64,000 bases of DNA, taken from an uncultured Clostridia bacterium. Lineage in GTDB: Bacteria; Bacillota; Clostridia; UBA1381. A model generated the notes under the pieces. That model searched no databases, was not told the DNA's origin, and worked only from the letters and a program-made list of their open reading frames with translations. Below are positions 20,720-29,808 of this stretch, piece by piece (positions within the stretch are counted from its first letter, which is position 1; every line of letters begins with the position of its first letter). Made by a program: the position numbers and the translations under genes. Location: positions 1,277 through 65,276 of the forward strand of contig CANQXJ010000006.1 in assembly GCA_947627795.1 (NCBI GenBank). The letters run 5' to 3'.

Positions 20720-21394
20720 TCACCCCCATTTCTTTTCAAGCCGTTTTGCCAGCATACTTATGGGCCAGCAGATTATGAAATACATAAACAGCACCGTCAG
20801 ATAAACTCCGAACGCCGCGTTCGGGCTTGACATTCTGTTCGCTTCTATTATCTGCTGCGCGACCTTTAAAACCTCTACGACGCCTATCATCAGGATAAGG
20901 CTCGTCGTTTTTATCATTCGCGTAATAAGATTTATGGAAAGCGGTATCAGCCGCCTTACCGTCTGCGGTATTATAACGTATAAATACGTCTGCGCGGGCG
21001 TTAATGTCAGCGCCGCCGCGCTTTCGTACTGGTGCTTCGGTATGCTTATCAGCGCTCCGCGAACCAAATCGCCCATCTCCGCCGTGCCCCACGCGGTGAA
21101 TACTATCACCGATGCGAGCTCGCCCGATATATTTACTCCAAGCGCGCTCGTTGTGCCGAAGAACACTATGAACAACAGCACAAGCTGCGGCATTATGCGT
21201 ATAAATTCGAGATATACGCGCGTTACAGCCTTTATGAGCGGGTTTTTCGACGTCATTATTATGCCCAGCAAAATTCCCAGCGGTATGCTTATCGCGACGG
21301 ATATAAGGCTTATCTTGACCGCAACCCAAAGTCCGCCCAAAAGGCGTATCATGTTTTTCCCCTTAAAGAGTACGTCAAGTCCCAAATCCGGCAT
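20720..21394 (-). CDS. Amino-acid ABC transporter permease
   Basis: Polytopic membrane protein with an EAA-like loop (ESAAALTLTPAQTYLYVIIPQ). Confidence 0.85.
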   Translation of the reverse strand: MPDLGLDVLFKGKNMIRLLGGLWVAVKISLISVAISIPLGILLGIIMTSKNPLIKAVTRVYLEFIRIMPQLVLLFIVFFGTTSALGVNISGELASVIVFTAWGTAEMGDLVRGALISIPKHQYESAAALTLTPAQTYLYVIIPQTVRRLIPLSINLITRMIKTTSLILMIGVVEVLKVAQQIIEANRMSSPNAAFGVYLTVLFMYFIICWPISMLAKRLEKKWG

Positions 21395-22034
21395 GGCGCA
21401 GCCTCCTTTCGAGGACGCTTCCGAGAATCGACACGGGAAGCAGTATTATTAAATAAAACACGACGAGCATTAAAAGACTTTCCGTGGTCTTGTAGTAAAG
21501 ACCGATCAGGTCCTTCGCGGTGAACATCAAGTCCATAAGGCTTACCGCGCTGAAAACGCTTGTTTCCTTGAGCAGAAATATTACGTTCGCCACAAACGCG
21601 GGAACGCTTACCGACATCGCCTGCGGCATTATGACGTGCCTCAGCGCCTGCGATTTTTCAAGACCGAGGCTCAGCGCGCTCTCCATTTGTATCGGCTCGA
21701 CCGCCTCCAAGCCGCTGCGGAACGCCTCCGTCATATAGCTGCCGCCCAGAAACGCAAGCCCCGCCACTCCGCACGCTTCGGGGCTTGTCGGTATTCCGAT
21801 TTTCGGCAGAGCGTAGTATATGAAGAAAAGCTGAATCAAAAGCGGCGTGTTGCGGCTTATTTCTATGTATACGGAAATTATCCGCTTTAAAACCGGCACC
21901 TTGAAATACAGCGCCACCGCGCACACAAGTCCCACGGCTACCGCTATCGCGATTCCCGCGTACCCGATTTTGACCGTCAAAAGCGCGGCTTCTCTGTACA
22001 GCGGCAGATATTCCCAAATAAATTCCCAATTCAT
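21375..22034 (-). CDS. Amino-acid ABC transporter permease
   Basis: EAA-like loop (ESALSLGLEKSQALRHVIMPQA). Start at MNWEFIWEY (ATG 22034, GAGGGTG RBS); the 42-codon upstream extension in the ORF track runs into promoter sequence. Confidence 0.85.
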   Translation of the reverse strand: MNWEFIWEYLPLYREAALLTVKIGYAGIAIAVAVGLVCAVALYFKVPVLKRIISVYIEISRNTPLLIQLFFIYYALPKIGIPTSPEACGVAGLAFLGGSYMTEAFRSGLEAVEPIQMESALSLGLEKSQALRHVIMPQAMSVSVPAFVANVIFLLKETSVFSAVSLMDLMFTAKDLIGLYYKTTESLLMLVVFYLIILLPVSILGSVLERRLRHAGFGT

Positions 22035-22122
22035 GAACTTTCCGGTCACCCTCTTAACAATAATATATACAATATTATACGCGAATTTTCGCCGATACGC
22101 GAATTTATTTCTGCAAGTAAAT

Positions 22123-22151
22123 ATTATACACAATTTTGCATACGATGTCAA
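22123..22151 (-). promoter_or_regulatory. Consensus SigA promoter for the ABC operon
   Basis: Minus-strand TTGACA - 17 nt - TATAAT. Confidence 0.6.
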
Positions 22152-22170
22152 TAATTTCACGAAATAAAAA

Positions 22171-22192
22171 GAAACCGCCGGTTGACGGTTTC
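22171..22192 (-). terminator. Intrinsic terminator after the hydrogenase-like gene
   Basis: Stem GAAACCG / CGGTTTC followed on the minus strand by TTTTTATTT. Confidence 0.6.
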
Positions 22193-22207
22193 TTTGGTTA
22201 TTATGCT

Positions 22208-23680
22208 TTATTCTCTCTCCATATTTACCTTCATAAAATCCTGGCTTTCGAGCATTTTTGTAATATTATCATTGTCCTTGCCTTTGATTTTATTCATTCT
22301 TGCGGCTTTAAGCTGCGCTAAGGGAGCGATCGAACCGGGTCCCGCTATGCAGCCGCCCTCGCAGATCATACCCTCTATTATGTCCTCGGTGAGCTTGTTC
22401 GCCTTCATCATGGCAAGCCCTACCTTACATTCCTTAATACCGCTGCACGGCTTTGTCTTTATCTCGTTCACATCTCCGCCGAGCTCCGCGACAGCCTTCA
22501 TAACAGCCGCCGCTACGCCCCCGCTTCCGGAGAAGCGTCTGCCGAACGAGGTTGCGTATGTTTCCGATTCGGGGCACTGAGTCGGGTCGATATGGCACGC
22601 GTCAAGCATGGCGTTAAGCTCCTCAAACGTGAGCACCGCGTCAGGCTCGCCCTCTACTTCAGTCTTGGCTTCGGCTTTTTTCGCCATACACGGACCTATG
22701 AATACCACGTACGCGCCCGGAATGTTCTCTCTCACCCAGCGCACAACGGCTACCATCGGCGAAACGGTATTTGACATTCTCGCCGAAAGCTGCGGATAAT
22801 GCTTGCGAATAAGATTTACAAACGCGGGACAGCACGACGTCGTCATCTTTCCGCCCTTCGCGTGCACCTCTATCAATTCCTTCGCCTCGTTATACGAAAC
22901 CGCATCGCCGCCGAGAGCTACCTCGAAAACGTCGTAGAATCCAAGCTCCTTCAAAGCCGTGGTAAGCCTGCCTATCGTCACCTGCGGCCCGAACTGACCT
23001 TCGACAGCGGGAGCGGGAACGGCGATAACCTTTTTATCCGATTGAATATGCGCTATGACCTCGGTGATCTGCGACATATCCGAAATCGCGCCGAACGGAC
23101 AGGCGTCGGCGCAGTGACCGCAGTGTATACACTTCGCCTCGTCTATTATGGCAAGCTTGTCGCTGCCTATGGTGATGGCGTTGACCTCGCACGCGCGCTT
23201 GCACGGACGCATTAAGTCCGCTATCGCGTGATACGGGCACGCCTCGGCGCATTTGCCGCACTCATGGCATTTTGACTGGTCTATGTACGCGCCTCGCGGC
23301 GTGATCGTGATAGCGCCGAACGCACACGCAGACTGGCAGCTTTTCATCATGCACTTCTGACAGTTCTCCGTAACCTGGAAGCGGTTGATCGGACAGCCCT
23401 CGCAGGCGGCGGGAATAACCTGTATAACGTTGTCGCTCACCTTGCGGTGCTCTATGTTATGCGCCGGAATGGGCGCTCTGCCTGTCGCGAGACGTATTCT
23501 TTGGCGGATTATTTCTCTTTCCTTATACACGCAGCAGCGGTAACGCGGAGTAGCAGTTGGGATAATTTGAAACGGGATCTGCTCCATTGTTTCCTCGTTT
23601 AAGTCGCCGCGGAACATATGCTCCGACACGGCGCGCAGCACTTCGTACTTTATCTGCCTTGTGTCACTGTTTCTTTCCAT
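22208..23680 (-). CDS. [FeFe]-hydrogenase family protein with N-terminal 4Fe-4S ferredoxin domains
   Basis: H-cluster motifs TSCCPAF (L1), GPCMAKKAE (L2) and EGMICEGGCIAGPG (L3). Ferredoxin motifs CHECGKCAEACP and CIHCGHCADACP. Confidence 0.8.
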   Translation of the reverse strand: MERNSDTRQIKYEVLRAVSEHMFRGDLNEETMEQIPFQIIPTATPRYRCCVYKEREIIRQRIRLATGRAPIPAHNIEHRKVSDNVIQVIPAACEGCPINRFQVTENCQKCMMKSCQSACAFGAITITPRGAYIDQSKCHECGKCAEACPYHAIADLMRPCKRACEVNAITIGSDKLAIIDEAKCIHCGHCADACPFGAISDMSQITEVIAHIQSDKKVIAVPAPAVEGQFGPQVTIGRLTTALKELGFYDVFEVALGGDAVSYNEAKELIEVHAKGGKMTTSCCPAFVNLIRKHYPQLSARMSNTVSPMVAVVRWVRENIPGAYVVFIGPCMAKKAEAKTEVEGEPDAVLTFEELNAMLDACHIDPTQCPESETYATSFGRRFSGSGGVAAAVMKAVAELGGDVNEIKTKPCSGIKECKVGLAMMKANKLTEDIIEGMICEGGCIAGPGSIAPLAQLKAARMNKIKGKDNDNITKMLESQDFMKVNMERE

Positions 23681-23727
23681 AAATTTACCCCCTTTTTAAG
23701 TCGCTTTTTTGTGAATTATTACTTATA

Positions 23728-23756
23728 AATATACACCATAAGCGGCGAAAAGTCAA
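23728..23756 (-). promoter_or_regulatory. SigA-type promoter for the hydrogenase-like gene
   Basis: Minus-strand TTGACT - 17 nt - TATATT. Confidence 0.5.
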
Positions 23757-23938
23757 TAAAATTTACAGGTTATTTTTTCTTAAATACATTTGTATGAGTA
23801 TAAATATAAAAACAGGGTATTTTATATAATAATCTAACTATTTGTAAAGACTGTATTGTTTTTGTCATAGCAATAATATATATTTGTTATAAAAAAATAA
23901 ATAAATTATTAATTTTTTTAAAAAATATAAAAAAACTC

Positions 23939-23967
23939 TTGATTTTTTAACAATTTTGTAATAAAAT
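23939..23967 (+). promoter_or_regulatory. SigA-type promoter for ireB
   Basis: TTGATT - 17 nt - TAAAAT, preceded by a long A/T tract (UP-like). Confidence 0.5.
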
Positions 23968-24015
23968 ATAAACATAAGCTATGTAGATATTAAATTAAGA
24001 AAGAAGGGTGAGGAT

Positions 24016-24267
24016 ATGGATATAAACGAAACCATGAAAATCAATCTCGAATTCGATAAGGAGCAGGAAGTGCGCGAGATTATATTGAAGGTGTACGAGG
24101 CGCTGAAAGTAAAGGGTTATGATCCTATCAGTCAGATAGTAGGTTATATTCTGTCCGGCGATCCGACATACATAACCAGCTATGACGGTGCAAGAAGCTT
24201 GATAGTAAAAATAGAACGCGACGAGCTTTTGGAGGAATTTACTAAAACGTATATTAAGAATCTTTAA
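24016..24267 (+). CDS. ireB: IreB family regulatory phosphoprotein (UPF0297/YrzL)
   Basis: 83 aa with [31 protein letters not shown], characteristic of the UPF0297 family. Confidence 0.8.
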   Translation: MDINETMKINLEFDKEQEVREIILKVYEALKVKGYDPISQIVGYILSGDPTYITSYDGARSLIVKIERDELLEEFTKTYIKNL

Positions 24268-24291
24268 AAAGTAAATAAAATCATTATTTAT

Positions 24292-24328
24292 GAAAATCAC
24301 GAGGGGATTTATTCCCTCGTGATTTTCT
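24292..24328. terminator. Bidirectional intrinsic terminator between ireB and the S8 protease gene
   Basis: Perfect stem ATCACGAGGG / CCCTCGTGAT flanked by A-rich and T-rich tracts. Confidence 0.7.
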
Positions 24329-24333
24329 CTTTA

Positions 24334-26355
24334 TTATTTAAAAAGTCCTTTTATAAATGACATGATACGTGAAACAATTGATTGCGTTCCCGATTCCGTT
24401 TCCGGCGCGGGAGAAACGCTTACTGCCGGTTCAGGTGCGCCGCTTACCTCCGGCTCGGGTGCGCCGCTTACCTCCGGCTCGGGTGCGCCGCTTACCTCCG
24501 GCTCAGGTGCGCCGCTTACTGCCGGCTCGGGAGAAACGCTTACTTCCGGCTCGGGTGCGCCGCTTACCTCCGGCTCGGGTGCGCCGCTTACTTCCGGCTC
24601 GGGTGCGCCGCTTACTTCCGGCTCGGGTGCGCCGCTTACTTCCGGTTCGGGTGCGCCGCTTACCTCCGGTTCGGGTGCGCCGCTTACCTCCGGCTCAGGC
24701 GATATACTCTCTTCCGGCTTCGGCTCTTCGGTAGGCGCCGGGGTATACAACGCTTTGATGCTTATGGGAGCTATACTCGTCAAAGGCAGCATTCCTTCGC
24801 CGTAATCCTTATACCACAGCATAATTCTGTACGTGCTTTCATATTCTCTTACTTTATGGTCAACGTCCGACATATCGAAAACAAATTCCGTTTTCTCGCC
24901 GATAACATCGTTTTCGTCTATCGTAACCTTTACCAATCTTCCGTCTTTATCATAAAGCGCTCCTATTATACTGATATCTTCAAAAGTTTGCACAGTATTT
25001 GTTATAGTTGTCGTTACAGAATTTTCGGATGGGCTGGAAGTAACAATAAACGTTCCCTGAGGCGGAAGCGTGGGCGTAGGCTCGGGCGTGGGAGTGGGAT
25101 CGGGCTCGGGAGGCTCAACTCCGTATCTCTCATTGAGTACGCCGATGAATTTCTTCATGTTTATTACGCCCCAGCCGAATTCCTTATCCCAGTCTTTCGT
25201 ACCGAGATCGTCAACGGAATTTTTTAATATGTCCATAATATCGGCAACTGTTATTTCTTGGTTCGCCTTTTTTGCCGCCTGCACCGCGAGAGCCGCTGTG
25301 GCTGATATAAACGGTGCGGAGAACGATGTGCCGTTTCCGGATATATATTTATTATATGTGCCGCTAGAGGTGGTAGGAATATCATCGGGAACGGTTACAA
25401 CGATATTTCTTCCCGGAGCGGTTATGAACACGCTGTCGTTATACTGTGAAAAGGATGAGTGATTATAGTCCTCGTCAACGGACGCAACGCCGATTACATC
25501 GTCAAATCCTGCGGGATAGGAAATATCCTCAGTGCCGCTGTTTCCCACGGAAGCGATCATGATAAGCTCTTTGCCGTTCTCTGTTTTGCTTCTTTCTGCC
25601 GTGCCATCGAGCATTTTTTTTATTTTTTCTTTTTCAGCTTCTCCGATGTCTCCCGAGCTGCCGAGGCTCATATTTACTATATCACATTCAAACTCAACAG
25701 CTTTGTCAATGGCAGTGATTACCGTTTTCAAGTCAAATGTGCCGGTATTTGAATCTACAACCTTGATTACCGAAATCTCCGCTTTGTCCGCTATACCCGC
25801 GATGCCGATGCCGTTATTGCGCTGAGCGGCTATTATTCCGGCAACTGCGGTTCCATGCATATAATTATCTTTTACGTCTTCGGTATTTGAATTAACGCAC
25901 AAATTGCATTTATTGGTAATTTTCATACCCTGAAAATCCTCGTGATCGGCGTCAATACCGGAGTCTATAATAGCGATTTTTACACCTTCGCCGTTGAGAC
26001 CCGTTTTCCACGCGTACGGCATATTGGTCTTTATAAGTCCCCACTGCTGATTGAAATAGGTATCATTGGGCGGCGCAAAGTATTCCTCGTCGTCATGCAG
26101 CTCGAATTCAAAGTTCGGGCATATATTTACTATGTACTTTTCATCAACGAAATTCTCCGCTTCCTCAAGCGTGTCAACAAGATACATATTGTCGATTATT
26201 TTTTCCGCGCCGGTATTTTCTACAGAGGCGAGCTCAACGCGCGCGGGCGTATCCTCAGCGATTTCAACTATGTATCCATCGTATTCTGCCGCGAATGCCG
26301 TCGCGCAAGTCAGCGTCACAGCAAACGCCGCGCACGCGATAATTTTTTTTAACAT
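24334..26355 (-). CDS. Secreted S8 (subtilisin-like) serine protease with a Pro/Glu-rich tandem-repeat tail
   Basis: Signal peptide MLKKIIACAAFAVTLTCATAFA. Catalytic triad contexts IAIIDSGID, HGTAVAGIIAA and GTSFSAPFISA. About 13 copies of the SGAPEPEV repeat and a short amphipathic C-terminus. Confidence 0.9.
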   Translation of the reverse strand: MLKKIIACAAFAVTLTCATAFAAEYDGYIVEIAEDTPARVELASVENTGAEKIIDNMYLVDTLEEAENFVDEKYIVNICPNFEFELHDDEEYFAPPNDTYFNQQWGLIKTNMPYAWKTGLNGEGVKIAIIDSGIDADHEDFQGMKITNKCNLCVNSNTEDVKDNYMHGTAVAGIIAAQRNNGIGIAGIADKAEISVIKVVDSNTGTFDLKTVITAIDKAVEFECDIVNMSLGSSGDIGEAEKEKIKKMLDGTAERSKTENGKELIMIASVGNSGTEDISYPAGFDDVIGVASVDEDYNHSSFSQYNDSVFITAPGRNIVVTVPDDIPTTSSGTYNKYISGNGTSFSAPFISATAALAVQAAKKANQEITVADIMDILKNSVDDLGTKDWDKEFGWGVINMKKFIGVLNERYGVEPPEPDPTPTPEPTPTLPPQGTFIVTSSPSENSVTTTITNTVQTFEDISIIGALYDKDGRLVKVTIDENDVIGEKTEFVFDMSDVDHKVREYESTYRIMLWYKDYGEGMLPLTSIAPISIKALYTPAPTEEPKPEESISPEPEVSGAPEPEVSGAPEPEVSGAPEPEVSGAPEPEVSGAPEPEVSGAPEPEVSVSPEPAVSGAPEPEVSGAPEPEVSGAPEPEVSGAPEPAVSVSPAPETESGTQSIVSRIMSFIKGLFK
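24400..24712 (-). repeat. In-frame 24-bp tandem repeat (about 13 units) encoding (SGAPEPEV)n
   Basis: Unit GCTTACYTCCGGYTCRGGTGCGCC repeated head-to-tail. Two variant units (GAGAAACGCTTACTGCCGG) encode SVSPEPAV / SVSPAPE. Confidence 0.9.
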
Positions 26356-26474
26356 ACTGTTACCTTCCTTTCATAAATAATGAATAAGTATAGCATAAAA
26401 TTCAGACAATTGCAATAAAAATCATAGTATTTCTTTTTATTGGCAAAAATTTTATAAGTTTTTACTTTTTTGCC

Positions 26475-26503
26475 TTGTAAATAAGCGAAAAGTATTATAT
26501 AAT
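26475..26503 (+). promoter_or_regulatory. SigA-type promoter for the alcohol dehydrogenase gene
   Basis: TTGTAA - 17 nt - TATAAT. Confidence 0.5.
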
Positions 26504-26533
26504 AGTCACAGTAATATTTATGCGGAGGACACG

Positions 26534-27676
26534 ATGAAAAGCTTTGATATACGCACAAAAATATATTTCGGTGAAAACGCGCTCGACAGGCTCGCGGATT
26601 TGCCGTACAAAAAAATAATGATTATCACCGACCCGTTCGTGGCTAAGAGCGGTCTTTTGCAAATGGTAACGCTTCGTTTACAGGAGGCGTACATAGACTT
26701 TGAAACCTTCTCGGACGTAGTTCCCGATCCGCCGCTCGATAAAATCACAGCGGGAGTTGAAGCGCTTATTAAAATCAATCCCGACTGCGTAATAGCCGTA
26801 GGCGGCGGCAGCGCGATCGACAGCGCCAAGGCGATACGCGAATTCGCCGTGCGCGCGGTGAAGCACGATATAGCCCTTATCGCGATCCCGACGACATCCG
26901 GCACGGGCAGCGAGGTCACAAGCTTCGCCGTTGTGACGGACACGGAAAAGAATATAAAATATCCGCTCGTATCTGATTCCATGCTCCCGACAGAGGCGAT
27001 CCTTGACGCGGATCTCGTTAAAAGCGTCCCCGCTAACGTCACAGCGGACACCGGTATGGATGTAATGACACACGCAATCGAGGCGTATGTGAGCGTGAAC
27101 AACAACGAGTTCTCGGCGGCGCTCGCGGAAAAATCGATTGAAATATGCGGAACGTTCCTTCTGCGCTCGTATCTCGACAACAACGACGCCCACGCAAGAC
27201 GCAAGATGCACGTGGCATCATGTCTCGCCGGGCTTGCGTTCAACAGTGCGTCTTTGGGACTAAATCACGGAATTGCCCACGCGGTAGGCGCGAGGTTCCA
27301 TATTCCTCACGGCAGAGCAAACGCTATGCTTCTGCCGCACGTGATAGAGTATAACTCCGGCATAGACAAGCACGCGAGAAGCCGCAAGGATTATCCCAAG
27401 TGCGTTGAAAAATACGTAAATATAGCGAAGCTCCTCGGCGTTAACAACTTCAACGAAATAACCACCGTCCGTGCGCTTGTTAGCTGGATTCAGTTTATGA
27501 TGAAGGAAATGAATATGCCGATGTCAATTTCGCAGTGCGGTATAGACAGAGAGGAATATTTCAACGCGATAAGCTCCATGGCTGAAAAAGCGCTCGCCGA
27601 CGCTTGCACGAAAACAAATCCGCGCAAGCCCTCGAAAGAGGAGATTATGCTGATTTTGGAGCATTTGTACGAATGA
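26534..27676 (+). CDS. Iron-containing (group III) alcohol dehydrogenase
   Basis: Fe-ADH strings AVGGGSAIDSAKA, IAIPTTSGTGSEVT and HGIAHAVGARFHIPHGRANA. Confidence 0.9.
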   Translation: MKSFDIRTKIYFGENALDRLADLPYKKIMIITDPFVAKSGLLQMVTLRLQEAYIDFETFSDVVPDPPLDKITAGVEALIKINPDCVIAVGGGSAIDSAKAIREFAVRAVKHDIALIAIPTTSGTGSEVTSFAVVTDTEKNIKYPLVSDSMLPTEAILDADLVKSVPANVTADTGMDVMTHAIEAYVSVNNNEFSAALAEKSIEICGTFLLRSYLDNNDAHARRKMHVASCLAGLAFNSASLGLNHGIAHAVGARFHIPHGRANAMLLPHVIEYNSGIDKHARSRKDYPKCVEKYVNIAKLLGVNNFNEITTVRALVSWIQFMMKEMNMPMSISQCGIDREEYFNAISSMAEKALADACTKTNPRKPSKEEIMLILEHLYE

Positions 27677-27716
27677 ATAAAATACCGCGTATTATATATT
27701 ATTATGAAAATAAAAC

Positions 27717-27741
27717 GGGGCGATCTTCACACGTTCGCCCC
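27717..27741. terminator. Bidirectional terminator between the adh gene and the V-ATPase operon
   Basis: Stem GGGGCGA / TCGCCCC. The minus-strand reading is followed by GTTTTATTTT. Confidence 0.6.
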
Positions 27742-27759
27742 TATAGTTTTATATATTTT

Positions 27760-28425
27760 TTACGCGTCATTTTTGTGCTTCGCTTCAAAGTTTTTCTGAA
27801 TCATCATATCCTTTACTTTTAAAAGCCTTATCTGCGTGCTTCGCTCGTTTTCATCGAGCTTCATGCTGATATAGTGGATTTTTTCCATATAGTCGGGGAT
27901 CATGACGTGCTCGAGAGCGTTTACGCGGCGGCGCGTTTTTTCTATCTCCGCAGCCATCAGTGCGCACGATTTTTCCACCTCCGCAAGACGGAGCATATCG
28001 GGGAACACCTCGGCAAGCGACGATACCGCCGCGTCCAAATCAGCCGACGTGGACGCGAAACCGTAGGAGAATATATCGCTCCTGTCGGCGGTGCGCGTCT
28101 TGTAGTCGAACACCGGCACGTTGACGCTCATGACGTTTTTGCTCGACGCTTCGACCGACACAGACTGCTTCGGAGCGAGCAGAGCTGTTTTGACCGCTTC
28201 GCCGCTCATAACGGCTTCGGCAAGAGCGAAGTTTTTGTTCGCCTCCGCTATTCCCTTTTCAACCTTTTTTCTTAATTCCTTGTTTTCCTTTACAAGCTCC
28301 AAAAAGCGGCGCATCAGCTCGTCGCGCTTATCCTTTAAAAGCTTGTGTCCGCGTCTGGCGGTGACAAGCTTCCGCTTAAGCCGCGTAAGCTCCATACGCG
28401 TGGGGTTTACCTGTGTTGACGGCAT
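27760..28425 (-). CDS. ntpD: V-type ATPase subunit D
   Basis: N-terminus NPTRMELTRLKRKLVTARRGHKLLKDKRDEL is typical of subunit D. Last gene of the operon. Confidence 0.9.
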   Translation of the reverse strand: MPSTQVNPTRMELTRLKRKLVTARRGHKLLKDKRDELMRRFLELVKENKELRKKVEKGIAEANKNFALAEAVMSGEAVKTALLAPKQSVSVEASSKNVMSVNVPVFDYKTRTADRSDIFSYGFASTSADLDAAVSSLAEVFPDMLRLAEVEKSCALMAAEIEKTRRRVNALEHVMIPDYMEKIHYISMKLDENERSTQIRLLKVKDMMIQKNFEAKHKNDA

Positions 28426-28437
28426 ATATATTCCCCC

Positions 28438-29808
28438 TTATTCCTCGTAATATTTGTCAAGATACTCATCCTTGATACGCTTCAATTCCGTACGCGGCAG
28501 GATCCTTAAAAGCTTCCAGCCTATGTCGAGCGTTTCCTCTATATCTCTGTTTGTGTTGTAGCCCTGCGAAACGTATTCCTTCTCGAACTCGTCCGCGAAC
28601 TTCGCGTATTTCTTGTCTATTTCCGTAAGAGCCGCCTCGCCTAAGATCACCATTAACTCCTTCGCGTCCTTGCCTCGTGCGTACGCGGAAAAGAGCTGGT
28701 TCATAGTGTCGGCATGGTCGGCGCGTGTTTTGCCCTCGCCTATTCCCTTGTCCTTCAGACGCGAAAGCGACGGCAGAACGTCGATCGGCGGTGCAATATT
28801 TTTTCTGTAAAGCTCACGCGAGAGAATGATCTGTCCCTCCGTAATATATCCCGTAAGGTCGGGAATCGGGTGGGTTTTATCGTCCTCGGGCATAGTGAGA
28901 ATCGGAATCATTGTGATCGAGCCGGATTTTCCGTGCTGTCTGCCCGCTCTCTCGTAAAGCGTCGCGAGGTCGGTGTACATATAGCCCGGATAGCCGCGGC
29001 GTGACGGAACTTCCTTTCTCGCCGCCGATACCTCGCGTAGCGCGTCGGCATAGTTTGTAATATCCGTCATAATTACAAGAACGTGCATATTCTGCTCAAA
29101 CGCCAAATACTCGGCAGCCGTGAGCGCCATACGCGGCGTCGCTATACGCTCGACTGCGGGGTCGTTCGCGAGGTTTATGAACAGCACCGTTCTGTCGATC
29201 GCGCCCGTTTCACGGAAGGACTGAATGAAGTAATCCGCTTCCTCGTATGTGATGCCGAGAGCCGCGAACACTACCGCGAACGGCTCGTCTGTGCCGCGCA
29301 CCTTCGCCTGACGCGCTATCTGCGCCGCGAGCTGCGCGTGAGGAAGTCCGGAAGCCGAGAAAATCGGCAGCTTCTGTCCTCTTACGAGCGTGTTAAGTCC
29401 GTCTATAGCGCTTACTCCCGTCTGAATAAACTCCTGCGGATAATTTCTCGCCGCCGGATTCATAGGAAGTCCGTTTATATCCATTCTCTTTTCCGGAAGG
29501 ATCTCCGGTCCGTTATCTATCGGTCTGCCCAAGCCGTCGAATACGCGCGAAAGCATATCCGCCGACACTCCCAGCTCCATCGCGCGTCCCGAAAAACGCA
29601 CCTTTGAGGTCGCGGGGTTGATGCCCGTCGCGCTATCGAAAAGCTGGACGAGCGCGTTCGAGCCGTCTATCTCAAGCACCTTGCAGCGCCGCTTCTCGCC
29701 GTTCGCAAGCTCAATTTCGCCGAGCTCGTTATATGTTACTCCCGAAACCTCGCGTACCAGCATAAGAGGGCCGGCTACTTCTTCTATCGTTTTATACTCT
29801 CTGGGCAT
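28438..29808 (-). CDS. ntpB: V-type ATPase subunit B
   Basis: 456 aa with [21 protein letters not shown] and [19 protein letters not shown]. Confidence 0.95.
   Translation of the reverse strand: MPREYKTIEEVAGPLMLVREVSGVTYNELGEIELANGEKRRCKVLEIDGSNALVQLFDSATGINPATSKVRFSGRAMELGVSADMLSRVFDGLGRPIDNGPEILPEKRMDINGLPMNPAARNYPQEFIQTGVSAIDGLNTLVRGQKLPIFSASGLPHAQLAAQIARQAKVRGTDEPFAVVFAALGITYEEADYFIQSFRETGAIDRTVLFINLANDPAVERIATPRMALTAAEYLAFEQNMHVLVIMTDITNYADALREVSAARKEVPSRRGYPGYMYTDLATLYERAGRQHGKSGSITMIPILTMPEDDKTHPIPDLTGYITEGQIILSRELYRKNIAPPIDVLPSLSRLKDKGIGEGKTRADHADTMNQLFSAYARGKDAKELMVILGEAALTEIDKKYAKFADEFEKEYVSQGYNTNRDIEETLDIGWKLLRILPRTELKRIKDEYLDKYYEE

Noticed and set aside
21375-22160. N-terminal extensions in the ORF track. 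Cases: permease from 22160, spoIIAA from 52111, spoIIAB from 51630, rpmB from 34336, ABC ATPase from 20739, gpr from 9582, ntpK from 33972, blaI from 57569.
   Set aside because: In each case an internal start has a properly spaced Shine-Dalgarno sequence and matches the family N-terminus. The extension runs through promoter or terminator sequence, or places the RBS against the start codon.
24400-24712. Regularly spaced 24-bp repeats, considered as a possible CRISPR array.
   Set aside because: The units are contiguous with no spacers. They are in frame within the S8 protease ORF and encode SGAPEPEV. No cas genes or leader are present.
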